Shown here piece after piece: positions 53,979 to 62,236 of a stretch of DNA of 64,000 nt (positions within the stretch are counted from its first letter, which is position 1; each line of letters starts with the position of its first letter). Source of the stretch: a virus. A program made the position numbers and the translations under genes. The notes under the pieces are model-generated. The model saw nothing but the letters and a program-made list of their open reading frames with translations, did no database searches and was not told where the DNA came from. The stretch spans positions 1 to 64,000 of IMG/VR virus record IMGVR_UViG_3300032116_000013. The stretch is one strand, 5' to 3'.

Positions 53979-54389
53979 ATGCGTAAATGGCTCTGGAGAA
54001 GTCTTGGACTGTTATTTGTAGGTTGTGCTTATATTGGCGCAATCGTTCCTGGCATTCCAATGACAACTTTTGCGGTATTAGCACTTTGGTGTTTCGCTAA
54101 AAGTTCTCCAGAACTCCATGACTGGCTGTACAATCATCCAAAATTTGGACCTTACCTGCAAGATTGGAAGTCTAAAAAGATTTATCCAACTCGCGTGAAG
54201 TTTATTATGTTGGGTTGTTGTGCAGCCAGTTACGCATGGCTGATATATATTAGTATGAAGCCAATTGCGTTAGTTTCTATTGGCTTGTTTATGTTATTCT
54301 GGTTAGTTTGGGCGTGGCGTTATCCAGGCAGTCACGAAGAATATGATCGTAGAGTAGCAGCAGGAAAGCGAATTGGTTGGTTAAAATAA
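53979..54389 (+). CDS. ybaN: YbaN/DUF454 inner-membrane protein
   Basis: IGAIVPGIPMTTF...CFAKSSP..HDWL.NHPKFGPY. Confidence 0.8.
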   Translation: MRKWLWRSLGLLFVGCAYIGAIVPGIPMTTFAVLALWCFAKSSPELHDWLYNHPKFGPYLQDWKSKKIYPTRVKFIMLGCCAASYAWLIYISMKPIALVSIGLFMLFWLVWAWRYPGSHEEYDRRVAAGKRIGWLK

Positions 54390-54407
54390 TATTATTCGGT
54401 GGTAATT

Positions 54408-55397
54408 ATGCAAAATTTTGTAAAATATGTATTAGATAATGGTGGTAAAATATCCCCTCTGGTCATTCCAGCCACATTTACAAATGGGACTGGGCTGTTT
54501 AACCCATCAATATACAAAGATGATACGACAAATTCATTGCTCTTAAATCTAAGACACTGTCAATATACGTTGTATCACTCTGAAAAAAATATCTATGAGC
54601 ATGAGTATGGTCCTCTAGTATACTTAAATCCAGAAAATGATATCACTCTAACTACAACGAATTACTTTTGTACTGTAAATAAAGATACACTTTTAATTGA
54701 ATCATTTTCCCCAATTAATACTAAAGCACTAGACGTAAAACCAATATGGGAATTTGTTGGTTTAGAGGATTGCCGTGTAGTAAGATGGGATAATAAACTT
54801 TACGTCAGCGGTGTTAGAAGAGATACGACGACTAATGGTCAGGGTCGTATGGAATTGTCTGAACTTGCCATACTTGACGGTGAAGTTAAGGAAGTTTCTA
54901 GATTTCGAATTCCTGCCCCAAAGAAAGATGATAGTTATTGCGAAAAGAACTGGATGCCAGTCACAGATATGCCATATCATTATGTGAAGTGGTCTAATCC
55001 AACTGAAGTTGTCAAGGTTGATCCAGTCACTAAAACTTGCACAACAGTTTATTTGGACGAGAGCAAGTTTGTAAAACTTCCTTACGATTACAGAGGAGGA
55101 AGTCAAGTTATTCCTTATGGCGAACACAGAATTGCTCTTGCTCATACAGTAAACTTGTTTAAAAGTGCAGCAGGAAGAAAGAACGCCACATACAGACATG
55201 CATTTATTGTTTGGGATAAAGATTGGAATGTGGTGAAGTATGGGAATCAGTTTGACTTTATGAGAGGAGAAGTCGAATTTTGTGCAGGTATGACAGAATT
55301 CGAAGATAATATTTTGATTTCTTTCGGGTTCCAAGATAACGCTGCATATCTTCTACAAGTTCCAAAGAAAATTTTTGAGGATTTTATCTATGAATAA
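54408..55397 (+). CDS. GH130-like beta-propeller glycosidase/phosphorylase fold
   Basis: FNPSI, GLEDCRV, EKNWMP, EFCAG. Confidence 0.65.
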   Translation: MQNFVKYVLDNGGKISPLVIPATFTNGTGLFNPSIYKDDTTNSLLLNLRHCQYTLYHSEKNIYEHEYGPLVYLNPENDITLTTTNYFCTVNKDTLLIESFSPINTKALDVKPIWEFVGLEDCRVVRWDNKLYVSGVRRDTTTNGQGRMELSELAILDGEVKEVSRFRIPAPKKDDSYCEKNWMPVTDMPYHYVKWSNPTEVVKVDPVTKTCTTVYLDESKFVKLPYDYRGGSQVIPYGEHRIALAHTVNLFKSAAGRKNATYRHAFIVWDKDWNVVKYGNQFDFMRGEVEFCAGMTEFEDNILISFGFQDNAAYLLQVPKKIFEDFIYE

Positions 55398-55992
55398 TTT
55401 GACCAAAAAAGTTGTACAATTTGCTAACGATACAGAAAACGATGAAAGTAATTATGCGTTAGCAAATGAATATTACAATATAGGGCACACTGCTTCCGCT
55501 CTTTCTTATTATTTGAGATGTGCAGAGAGAACAACAAATAAACTTTTGGCGTATGAATGTATGCTAAGAGTGGGGTTGTGTTTTGAAGTTCAAGGTAATA
55601 GAGTTAACAGTGTGCGTGGAGCATACAAACACGCTATCAATATTCTACCTAAAAGACCAGAAGCATATTATCTTTTGAGTAGAATTAATGAGAGAACTAA
55701 TTGGTACATTGAATCTTATATGTATGCTGAAATAGGATTAAACACTATTGATTTTAGTGATGATGCTCAACTAAGAACTGATGTTGGCTATCCAGGAAAA
55801 TATGGATTAATTTTCGAGAAAGCAGTTTCTGCTTGGTGGTGGGGTAAAATTGAAGAGTGCAAGCAACTGTTTACAGATTTGAAATATAATTATGTTTTGG
55901 ATAAGATCCATCTAGATGCAGTAAACAATAATGTGGCAAGACTTGGAATCGACGAATCAATGTATTTGAAGCCTAAATTTGCTTTGACTTGA
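55390..55992 (+). CDS. TPR-repeat protein
   Basis: LANEYY...ALSYYLR; AINILPKRPEAYYLL. Confidence 0.7.
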   Translation: MNNLTKKVVQFANDTENDESNYALANEYYNIGHTASALSYYLRCAERTTNKLLAYECMLRVGLCFEVQGNRVNSVRGAYKHAINILPKRPEAYYLLSRINERTNWYIESYMYAEIGLNTIDFSDDAQLRTDVGYPGKYGLIFEKAVSAWWWGKIEECKQLFTDLKYNYVLDKIHLDAVNNNVARLGIDESMYLKPKFALT

Positions 55993-56001
55993 GGTTAATT
56001 T

Positions 56002-56802
56002 ATGGGTGACATGGCAACAGTAGTTATTCAAGGACCGTTTAAAGAATACTCGAACAAAGTAGTTAAATCGTTTTTGAATGCACCATTTATTCAAGAAGTG
56101 ATTGTTTCTTGTTGGGATGAGGATAATACTGACTCTTTATCTTCTATTGAAGATTCACGCATAAAATTAGTCAAAACTCAAAAACCAAGCAATCCAGGAA
56201 CTGATAATAGAAATCTACAGATAGTTTCTTCTATAGAAGGAATAAAGAGATCAACTAGTAAAGTAACAATTAAAACTAGAAGCGATCAAGTGTACACAGA
56301 TGAAAGTCTTGTACTGATGGATCAATACTACAAACAAACTAAAGTTGCTGGTGATAAGAGAATATTTGTTTCTGGAATTTATGCTAATCTTTTATATCAT
56401 CCATGTGATCATATCTTCTGGGGTGAAACTGCAGATTTGATTCACCTATTTGATATACCACTAGAAACAAATGGATTGATCGACAAGATAAGAGTAGATA
56501 AGTCAATTCTTCATGAGTATTATCCATTTTTTGTTAGAACTGAAACTTATATCTGCGCAAGATATTGTGCTCAATTTGAGCAGATAATTAACAAATATGT
56601 TTTGCAGCCAGAATTATATCTTTATGATAATTCTCCTAGATGGAACGAGGCACATCATTTTAGCAAAAATGTGATGCCTAAATGTTTTAAATCATTTCCA
56701 AGAACTGGTTTAAGTATGTATTGGGAAGGAAAAAATACAGAATACAAATATAGTTATCAAAGAAAACATAACAATCAATATTGGGCTGAAGAAGGCTATT
56801 AA
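56002..56802 (+). CDS. WavE-like LPS biosynthesis protein
   Basis: VVIQGP, IVSCW, NRNLQIVSS..GI, KTRSDQ, DHIFWG. Confidence 0.75.
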   Translation: MGDMATVVIQGPFKEYSNKVVKSFLNAPFIQEVIVSCWDEDNTDSLSSIEDSRIKLVKTQKPSNPGTDNRNLQIVSSIEGIKRSTSKVTIKTRSDQVYTDESLVLMDQYYKQTKVAGDKRIFVSGIYANLLYHPCDHIFWGETADLIHLFDIPLETNGLIDKIRVDKSILHEYYPFFVRTETYICARYCAQFEQIINKYVLQPELYLYDNSPRWNEAHHFSKNVMPKCFKSFPRTGLSMYWEGKNTEYKYSYQRKHNNQYWAEEGY

Positions 56803-56805
56803 AAT

Positions 56806-58182
56806 ATGAATGAAGCAATTACACAATTAAACACAGACTCTATCCCCCAAACAATTAATCCGAACTTACTAGATGAAATGAATTGGGGTCCTAATGAACC
56901 AAATTTTGTAAATCTACTGAAGTCTGAGATTTTAATTGAAAAAATATATGAGAAATATTTTGAGGTTAGAGAAGGTGATACAGTAGTAGATGTTGGCGCC
57001 AATGTTGGCGCATTTGCAGCCTCTATTCTACACAAAAAACCTAAACATGTTTATTGCGTAGAGCCATCTAATGTCTTGGTAAAGTGCATACAAGAAAATG
57101 TTCTGAAATACTCAGAAAAGAATCCAGTTCCAGTTACAATTGTAAACGCTGCTATTTCTAATGAGAATAAACTCGCAACTGAAATCCCAGATAATGACGG
57201 AGTTTTTGTATATTATAATGAAGGTAATTTATACAATAAAATAACTTTCAAAGAACTATTATCTGTAACAAATATCAAAAAGATAGATTTCTTAAAATTC
57301 GACTGTGAGGGCGGCGAATACGACATCTTTACTAAAGAAAATTATGATTTTATTTCTAACAACGTAAAGCATATGGTCGGTGAGTGGCATATCAATGACC
57401 ATAAAAACGCTGTGGAAAGGTTTATAGAATTTAGAGATTTGTATTTAAAAAATCATAAGAATTTTAAAGTCTTGGAAAGAGACGGTAAGGATGTAACTTT
57501 TGAGATTTTTGATAACAATTTTTTATACAGATTCCAGGAATGGTATCGAGAAACTCAACACGGACAATTTTTTATCTATATGAACAACGACAAACCAGAA
57601 GAAGCATTTCTAATTAATAAAAACTCTAACTCTAAAATTTGGGTTGTAGAAGATTTTTATGTGAATCCATTCATGGTAAGAGACTTTGCTTTAAAGCAGC
57701 AGTACATGGAAGGTGGATTCGGTAGAGGATTCATAGGTAAGAGAACATATCTACAGTTTCTATTCCCAGGTCTGAAAGAGCGTTTCGAAGAAATTATGGG
57801 AGTTAAGATTACTAGATGGGAAGATCATGGAATGAATGGCAGATTCCAGTTGTCTTATGCTGGAGAGCCATTAGTATATCACTGCGACGAACAGAGATGG
57901 GCTGCTATGCTGTTTTTGACTCCAGATGCTCCATTTGAAGCAGGAACAACAATGCACGCGCACAAGAAAACTAGAATGCGCCACAAAGATCACCCTGAAG
58001 TTTATTCTGTATTCACAGGGCATACAACTCTAGATAAAACACCATACGAAGAAGTTGATGTTATCGGGAATGTCTTTAATAGATTAGTTATATTTGACGC
58101 TGGAAACATACACTCTGCTTCTCAGTATTTCGGATACAATAATGATAACTGCAGATTGTGGCAAATGTTTTTCTTCGACTAA
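56806..58182 (+). CDS. FkbM methyltransferase fused to 2OG-Fe(II)-oxygenase-like domain
   Basis: DVGANVGAF, EPS, KFDCEGGE; C-terminal VEDFY.NP...HCD...NVFNRLVIFD...HSA. Confidence 0.8.
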   Translation: MNEAITQLNTDSIPQTINPNLLDEMNWGPNEPNFVNLLKSEILIEKIYEKYFEVREGDTVVDVGANVGAFAASILHKKPKHVYCVEPSNVLVKCIQENVLKYSEKNPVPVTIVNAAISNENKLATEIPDNDGVFVYYNEGNLYNKITFKELLSVTNIKKIDFLKFDCEGGEYDIFTKENYDFISNNVKHMVGEWHINDHKNAVERFIEFRDLYLKNHKNFKVLERDGKDVTFEIFDNNFLYRFQEWYRETQHGQFFIYMNNDKPEEAFLINKNSNSKIWVVEDFYVNPFMVRDFALKQQYMEGGFGRGFIGKRTYLQFLFPGLKERFEEIMGVKITRWEDHGMNGRFQLSYAGEPLVYHCDEQRWAAMLFLTPDAPFEAGTTMHAHKKTRMRHKDHPEVYSVFTGHTTLDKTPYEEVDVIGNVFNRLVIFDAGNIHSASQYFGYNNDNCRLWQMFFFD

Positions 58183-58184
58183 AA

Positions 58185-58192
58185 ACTAAATA
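58185..58192 (+). promoter_or_regulatory. late promoter
   Basis: ACTAAATA. Confidence 0.55.
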
Positions 58193-58221
58193 GGGTTTTC
58201 GTATCATGGAAATTTATTCCC

Positions 58222-58383
58222 ATGAAAAATCCATTTCGTGTTATCAAATCAAAAATTTTAAAACTGAAAACTCTGTTCACATACTTCTCAATAGTAAAAG
58301 AACAGAAAGGGTTCACTGCAGCCGTAAAATTTATTCCTAAAGCATACAGAAGAATAAACAGAAAAAATACCTATATAAAATAG
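58222..58383 (+). CDS. small basic hypothetical protein
   Basis: 53 aa MKNPFRVIKSKILKLK...; follows late promoter; weak SD. Confidence 0.4.
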   Translation: MKNPFRVIKSKILKLKTLFTYFSIVKEQKGFTAAVKFIPKAYRRINRKNTYIK

Positions 58384-58532
58384 ATGTCTGCCGTGGTGCG
58401 CACGGAGTGGCTGAGAGGAAGCTGGAGGGGCACAATAATAACCCTGCATATCTAAGGCAATTTCCGCCTCAGTGGTAAGGAGTCTGATACTGGCTCACTG
58501 CGGCACCCCGAGAGGACGAGCCTCTACATCTA
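58381..58532 (+). ncRNA. candidate ~150-nt multi-stem structured RNA
   Basis: closing stem TAGATGT/ACATCTA, 10-bp stem 58389-98/58496-505, further nested stems; GC-rich island. Confidence 0.6.
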
Positions 58533-58550
58533 TTGTATGGAGATATTTTT

Positions 58551-58892
58551 ATGTCAACTCTACCGAATGATGACTATGATTTCGGATTCAGTTTTGCTGA
58601 TGAAGAAACACTGCCATCTGCACCAGTTAAGAATAACAGCAATGATGAAATTGCTGTGCTCCAGGCTAAAATTGACTCTCTATTAGACTCGCAAGAAAAA
58701 GTTATTCAGTCAGCCATGAGTGCTGCTATAGAAGAAAAATATAAGTCTAAACTGCGAGAAGTAGAAGGTTTAATTATGCCGCTACTTTTAAATCTAAAAA
58801 AGAATCCAGACAAAGCGTATATAAATTGGCCAAATAGAGTGCCAGTAATTGATAAGCAAATAGAAAAAATTACTGCAGTAACAAGGAGTTGA
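58551..58892 (+). CDS. conserved T4-like hypothetical protein
   Basis: DYDFGF...PLLLNLKKNPDKAYINWPNR. Confidence 0.75.
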   Translation: MSTLPNDDYDFGFSFADEETLPSAPVKNNSNDEIAVLQAKIDSLLDSQEKVIQSAMSAAIEEKYKSKLREVEGLIMPLLLNLKKNPDKAYINWPNRVPVIDKQIEKITAVTRS

Positions 58893-58894
58893 GT

Positions 58895-59110
58895 ATGCCA
58901 GATCTAAAACTAACATGTGATAATTGCGGTTCTATGTTCGTGTTGTCTTATGACAACGACGAAGTTAGTTATTCGCCTAGCCATTGCCCATTCTGCGGCG
59001 ATTTCTATGATAATGAGAATGAAGAATTGGATTTTAATGATGATGGTGAATATGATGACGACATTCTTGAAGATCCTTTAGATGATGAAGACGATTTACG
59101 TCGTCATTAA
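58895..59110 (+). CDS. zinc-ribbon protein with acidic tail
   Basis: CDNC...CPFCG. Confidence 0.75.
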   Translation: MPDLKLTCDNCGSMFVLSYDNDEVSYSPSHCPFCGDFYDNENEELDFNDDGEYDDDILEDPLDDEDDLRRH

Positions 59111-59134
59111 CATTAAAAATACAGGAGTTATACT

Positions 59135-59845
59135 ATGAGTGGTTCAGCATTTTTTGATTGGGGGTGGATGCATATCAATGATGTGACTCTAATCACAAAA
59201 GAAATTTTTGTGGATAGGATTTATGAGAGATATAGAGAAGTTAAAGAAAATGATATTGTTATGGATATTGGTGCAAACGTCGGTGCATTTACGGCTTCTA
59301 TCTTAAAAAAGAAACCTAAAAGAATTTTTGCAATTGAACCTTCTAATACTCTAATTAATTCTCTTTGGACTAACACCCGATCAGAATATGTAACCTACAT
59401 AAATGCTGCTATAGAAGATGAAAAAAGAGAAAATGTTGATTCAACTGGAAGAGATACATTTGTTTATAATAACAATGGAAATTATTATAATGCAACAACT
59501 TTTAAGTCTATAATTGATGCGCATGATATCAAAACCATAGACTTTATGAAGGTTGACTGCGAAGGTGGAGAATATTCAGTCTTTAATGAAGAAAACAGAG
59601 AATTTATTTTAAACAATGTTAAATACATTGCTGGAGAATGGCATTTTGCTCCGAGCATACCTCAATTTGCACAAAAATTTAGATTGTTCAGAGACTTGTA
59701 TCTTGCAAATCACAAAAATTTCCACATATTCAATAATTCTAATATAGAAGTAACCGAGCATATTTTTAATGAATATTTTATGGATCTTTACGATTCGCAA
59801 CTTAAAGAAGACGCGCAACTAATGGTATACATTATTAACGAATAA
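59135..59845 (+). CDS. FkbM-family methyltransferase (paralog of 56806 N-terminus)
   Basis: DIGANVGAF, EPSN, KVDCEGGEY, GEWH. Confidence 0.85.
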   Translation: MSGSAFFDWGWMHINDVTLITKEIFVDRIYERYREVKENDIVMDIGANVGAFTASILKKKPKRIFAIEPSNTLINSLWTNTRSEYVTYINAAIEDEKRENVDSTGRDTFVYNNNGNYYNATTFKSIIDAHDIKTIDFMKVDCEGGEYSVFNEENREFILNNVKYIAGEWHFAPSIPQFAQKFRLFRDLYLANHKNFHIFNNSNIEVTEHIFNEYFMDLYDSQLKEDAQLMVYIINE

Positions 59846-60402
59846 TGATTTACGTTGGCATAGACTACAGTTTAACTTCGCCTTGCGTTTGTATCTCCAG
59901 AGACAAAACATTCTCAAATAGTTTCTTCTACTTTCTGAATGATCGTAAAACAGTTCTAGGAAAATTTCACAATATTCTTGGCGAACAACACGAAGAATAC
60001 CTAACGGACCAGGAGCGATATGAAAATATTGCTTCCTGGGTTCTAGGAATTCTTGCCGATTTTAAGAAAGAAGAAGTGATGGTCTTGATTGAAGATTATT
60101 CTTTTGGTTCCAAAGGCAGAGTTTTCAACCTTGCCGAAAATTGTGGAATTCTAAAGTACATGCTTTACAAGCAAGGATATAAATTCTTTACAGTTGCACC
60201 AACAGTTATCAAGAAGTATGCAACTGGCAAGGGTAATGCTACGAAAGAAAAAATGTATGATGCGTTTTTAAACGATACTTTTGTAGATTTACATAGTATA
60301 ATAAGTCCTACGACAAAACTGGGCTCACCGACAACTGACATCGTTGACGCTTGGTACATTGCAAGATATATGATAGACAAGACGGAAAAAGAAAAAGTAT
60401 AA
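59845..60402 (+). CDS. RuvC-like nuclease
   Basis: GIDYSLTSP, IEDYSF, IKKYATGKGNA, DIVDA. Confidence 0.85.
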   Translation: MIYVGIDYSLTSPCVCISRDKTFSNSFFYFLNDRKTVLGKFHNILGEQHEEYLTDQERYENIASWVLGILADFKKEEVMVLIEDYSFGSKGRVFNLAENCGILKYMLYKQGYKFFTVAPTVIKKYATGKGNATKEKMYDAFLNDTFVDLHSIISPTTKLGSPTTDIVDAWYIARYMIDKTEKEKV

Positions 60403-60424
60403 CACATAAAAGAGGAGCGTTACT

Positions 60425-60805
60425 ATGACCGAAAAGGAAATAAACGAAATAGATGGCGCTTTATGGGGACTTACACTTTCCCCTGATGGACAAGAAATTG
60501 AGTGTGACACTACAGTATACAAGTTTAACGACAAAGAAACTCCAATGAATGAGGATATTGGTTCACACAAATATAATATTTTCACGTTCAAGCCTAATGA
60601 GCCAGCAAACACTGCAGAGTTTATGAAGGCTCATATTGGCGATGTGCGTAGATTTATTGACAATTATGCGAAAGCAGGGTATAATGGTCTTATGGTAAAG
60701 GAAGGTTGTATACCAAAAAAGACAATCAAAGACATGATTAAAGTTACTTGTAAGAATTTTGATATTCCACAAAAAACATTGAAACCAATTTTAGCGCAGG
60801 TGTGA
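60425..60805 (+). CDS. hypothetical protein
   Basis: 126 aa, GAGGAG SD. Confidence 0.7.
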   Translation: MTEKEINEIDGALWGLTLSPDGQEIECDTTVYKFNDKETPMNEDIGSHKYNIFTFKPNEPANTAEFMKAHIGDVRRFIDNYAKAGYNGLMVKEGCIPKKTIKDMIKVTCKNFDIPQKTLKPILAQV

Positions 60806-60810
60806 TACTT

Positions 60811-61071
60811 ATGACTATGTTTACTCGTGATGGTTTAGTTGATATGCTCAAGAACAACGTCGTGGTTGTTACGTTCACCAAGGTCAATGGTGAAGAGCGA
60901 GTGATGACTTGCACACTTCAAGCAAGTCACATTCCAAATGCTCCGACGCAAAAGGGTGAACTTGTGGTTGAAAAGAAAAGCAATAGCAATACTGTTTCAG
61001 CATGGGATGTAAATGCGAATGGCTGGCGTTCTTTCCGAGTGGAAAACGTCAAGTCAATTTCAATGGGATGA
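60811..61071 (+). CDS. WYL-like SH3-fold protein (DUF2693-like)
   Basis: VTFTKVNGEERVMTCTL...WDV...GWRSFR. Confidence 0.8.
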   Translation: MTMFTRDGLVDMLKNNVVVVTFTKVNGEERVMTCTLQASHIPNAPTQKGELVVEKKSNSNTVSAWDVNANGWRSFRVENVKSISMG

Positions 61072-61074
61072 AAT

Positions 61075-61082
61075 ACTAAATA
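61075..61082 (+). promoter_or_regulatory. late promoter
   Basis: ACTAAATA. Confidence 0.6.
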
Positions 61083-61088
61083 ACGAAC

Positions 61089-61186
61089 CAGCCGCACAAC
61101 CTTTCGGTGTAGTGTTTGTCGCACAGCGATGGCTGCTTTTGTAAAAGAGGAATCTAGGACGCATTGCGCAGTGCGTGACGATAGAT
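61089..61186 (+). ncRNA. candidate structured RNA/leader
   Basis: three-way junction closed by CAGCC/GGCTG, plus ATCTA/TAGAT and ACGCATT/AGTGCGT stems. Confidence 0.45.
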
Positions 61187-61200
61187 GAACCGAAACCTTT

Positions 61201-61398
61201 ATGATTCTACAACCAAAAACAAAATACGGACTGCAGTTCTTGCAGATGTACGGAAGCGAATGGTTTCTCATTCGCAAAATGGACTCTCACTATTCTTCAA
61301 AACGTCCAGGACCATGGGGTTATGTTCAGCAAGTTGATGGGCTGAAAACTTTTTTCGTACATTTACAAGATGACCCCCATTTCGTAATACAACGGTAA
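61201..61398 (+). CDS. hypothetical protein
   Basis: 65 aa; no clear SD. Confidence 0.5.
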   Translation: MILQPKTKYGLQFLQMYGSEWFLIRKMDSHYSSKRPGPWGYVQQVDGLKTFFVHLQDDPHFVIQR

Positions 61399-61411
61399 TA
61401 TCTTTTCTCTA

Positions 61412-61433
61412 TATAATGACTCCATCAGGAGTC
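61412..61433 (+). promoter_or_regulatory. -10 box followed by SD-sequestering hairpin
   Basis: TATAAT(61412-17) GACTCC-ATCA-GGAGTC. Confidence 0.55.
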
Positions 61434-61437
61434 TCTA

Positions 61438-62211
61438 ATGCAATACAAATCAATCTTTATCTCCGATGTCCATCTCGGCTCCAAGGGATGCAAGGCTGAA
61501 TTACTTTCTGATTTTCTAAAAGAAAATACTTGCGAAAATCTATTCCTAGTCGGTGACATTATTGATGGCTGGCGACTCAAGAGAAAATTCTTTTGGTTGC
61601 AATCACACACTGATGTGATTCGTAAAATTCTCAAAGCAGCAAAAAATGGAACGAAGGTTATCTATGTTGTAGGCAATCACGATGATTCTTTCCGCGATCT
61701 TCTGCCGTACGATATTCATTTTGGTAATATCGAACTAGTCAATCAATGCCGCTATAATGCAATCAATGGCAAGAGATATATGGTAATTCATGGCGATTTA
61801 TTTGATGCTGCTCTTGCAACAAAACTTTCTTGGTTGTATCATGTTGGCGATTGGTTTTATGATATACTTTTGAGCATCAATCATGGATTGAATAAACTCC
61901 GCACTAAACTCAATATGCCATATTGGAGTTTGAGTGCATATCTAAAAAATAAAACAAAAGAAGCAGTTGCATTTATGTCTGATTTTGAAGTTCTCATCAC
62001 AGACTACTGCAGGAAATATAATACACAGGGTGTTATTTGCGGACACGTTCACAAAGCAGCAATCAAGGAAATCAATGGTATTGAATACATGAACGATGGT
62101 GACTGGGTTGAATCATGCACAGCATTGGTCGAGAATCATGATGGATCTTGGGAGATTGTGAATTATCTTCACAATATCGATAAGCGTAAAAAAATTGAAA
62201 AATTTTTGTAA
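61438..62211 (+). CDS. calcineurin-like metallophosphoesterase (LpxH-like family)
   Basis: SDVHLG, GDIIDG, GNHD, HGD, CGHVH, NDGDWVES. Confidence 0.9.
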   Translation: MQYKSIFISDVHLGSKGCKAELLSDFLKENTCENLFLVGDIIDGWRLKRKFFWLQSHTDVIRKILKAAKNGTKVIYVVGNHDDSFRDLLPYDIHFGNIELVNQCRYNAINGKRYMVIHGDLFDAALATKLSWLYHVGDWFYDILLSINHGLNKLRTKLNMPYWSLSAYLKNKTKEAVAFMSDFEVLITDYCRKYNTQGVICGHVHKAAIKEINGIEYMNDGDWVESCTALVENHDGSWEIVNYLHNIDKRKKIEKFL

Positions 62212-62236
62212 TATAATCTAAACGAAGGAGTCAGAA

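Noticed and set aside
21784-55334. Long minus-strand ORFs (for example 21784..22362, 32388..32816, 54762..55334)
   Set aside because: Shadow frames of well-supported plus-strand genes, with no SD or recognisable motifs
58381-58532. Cobalamin riboswitch, hammerhead or RNase P call
   Set aside because: Only loose motif resemblance: no T-loop P4 or GCAACUG core, CUGAGAG does not fit CUGANGA, and too short for RNase P
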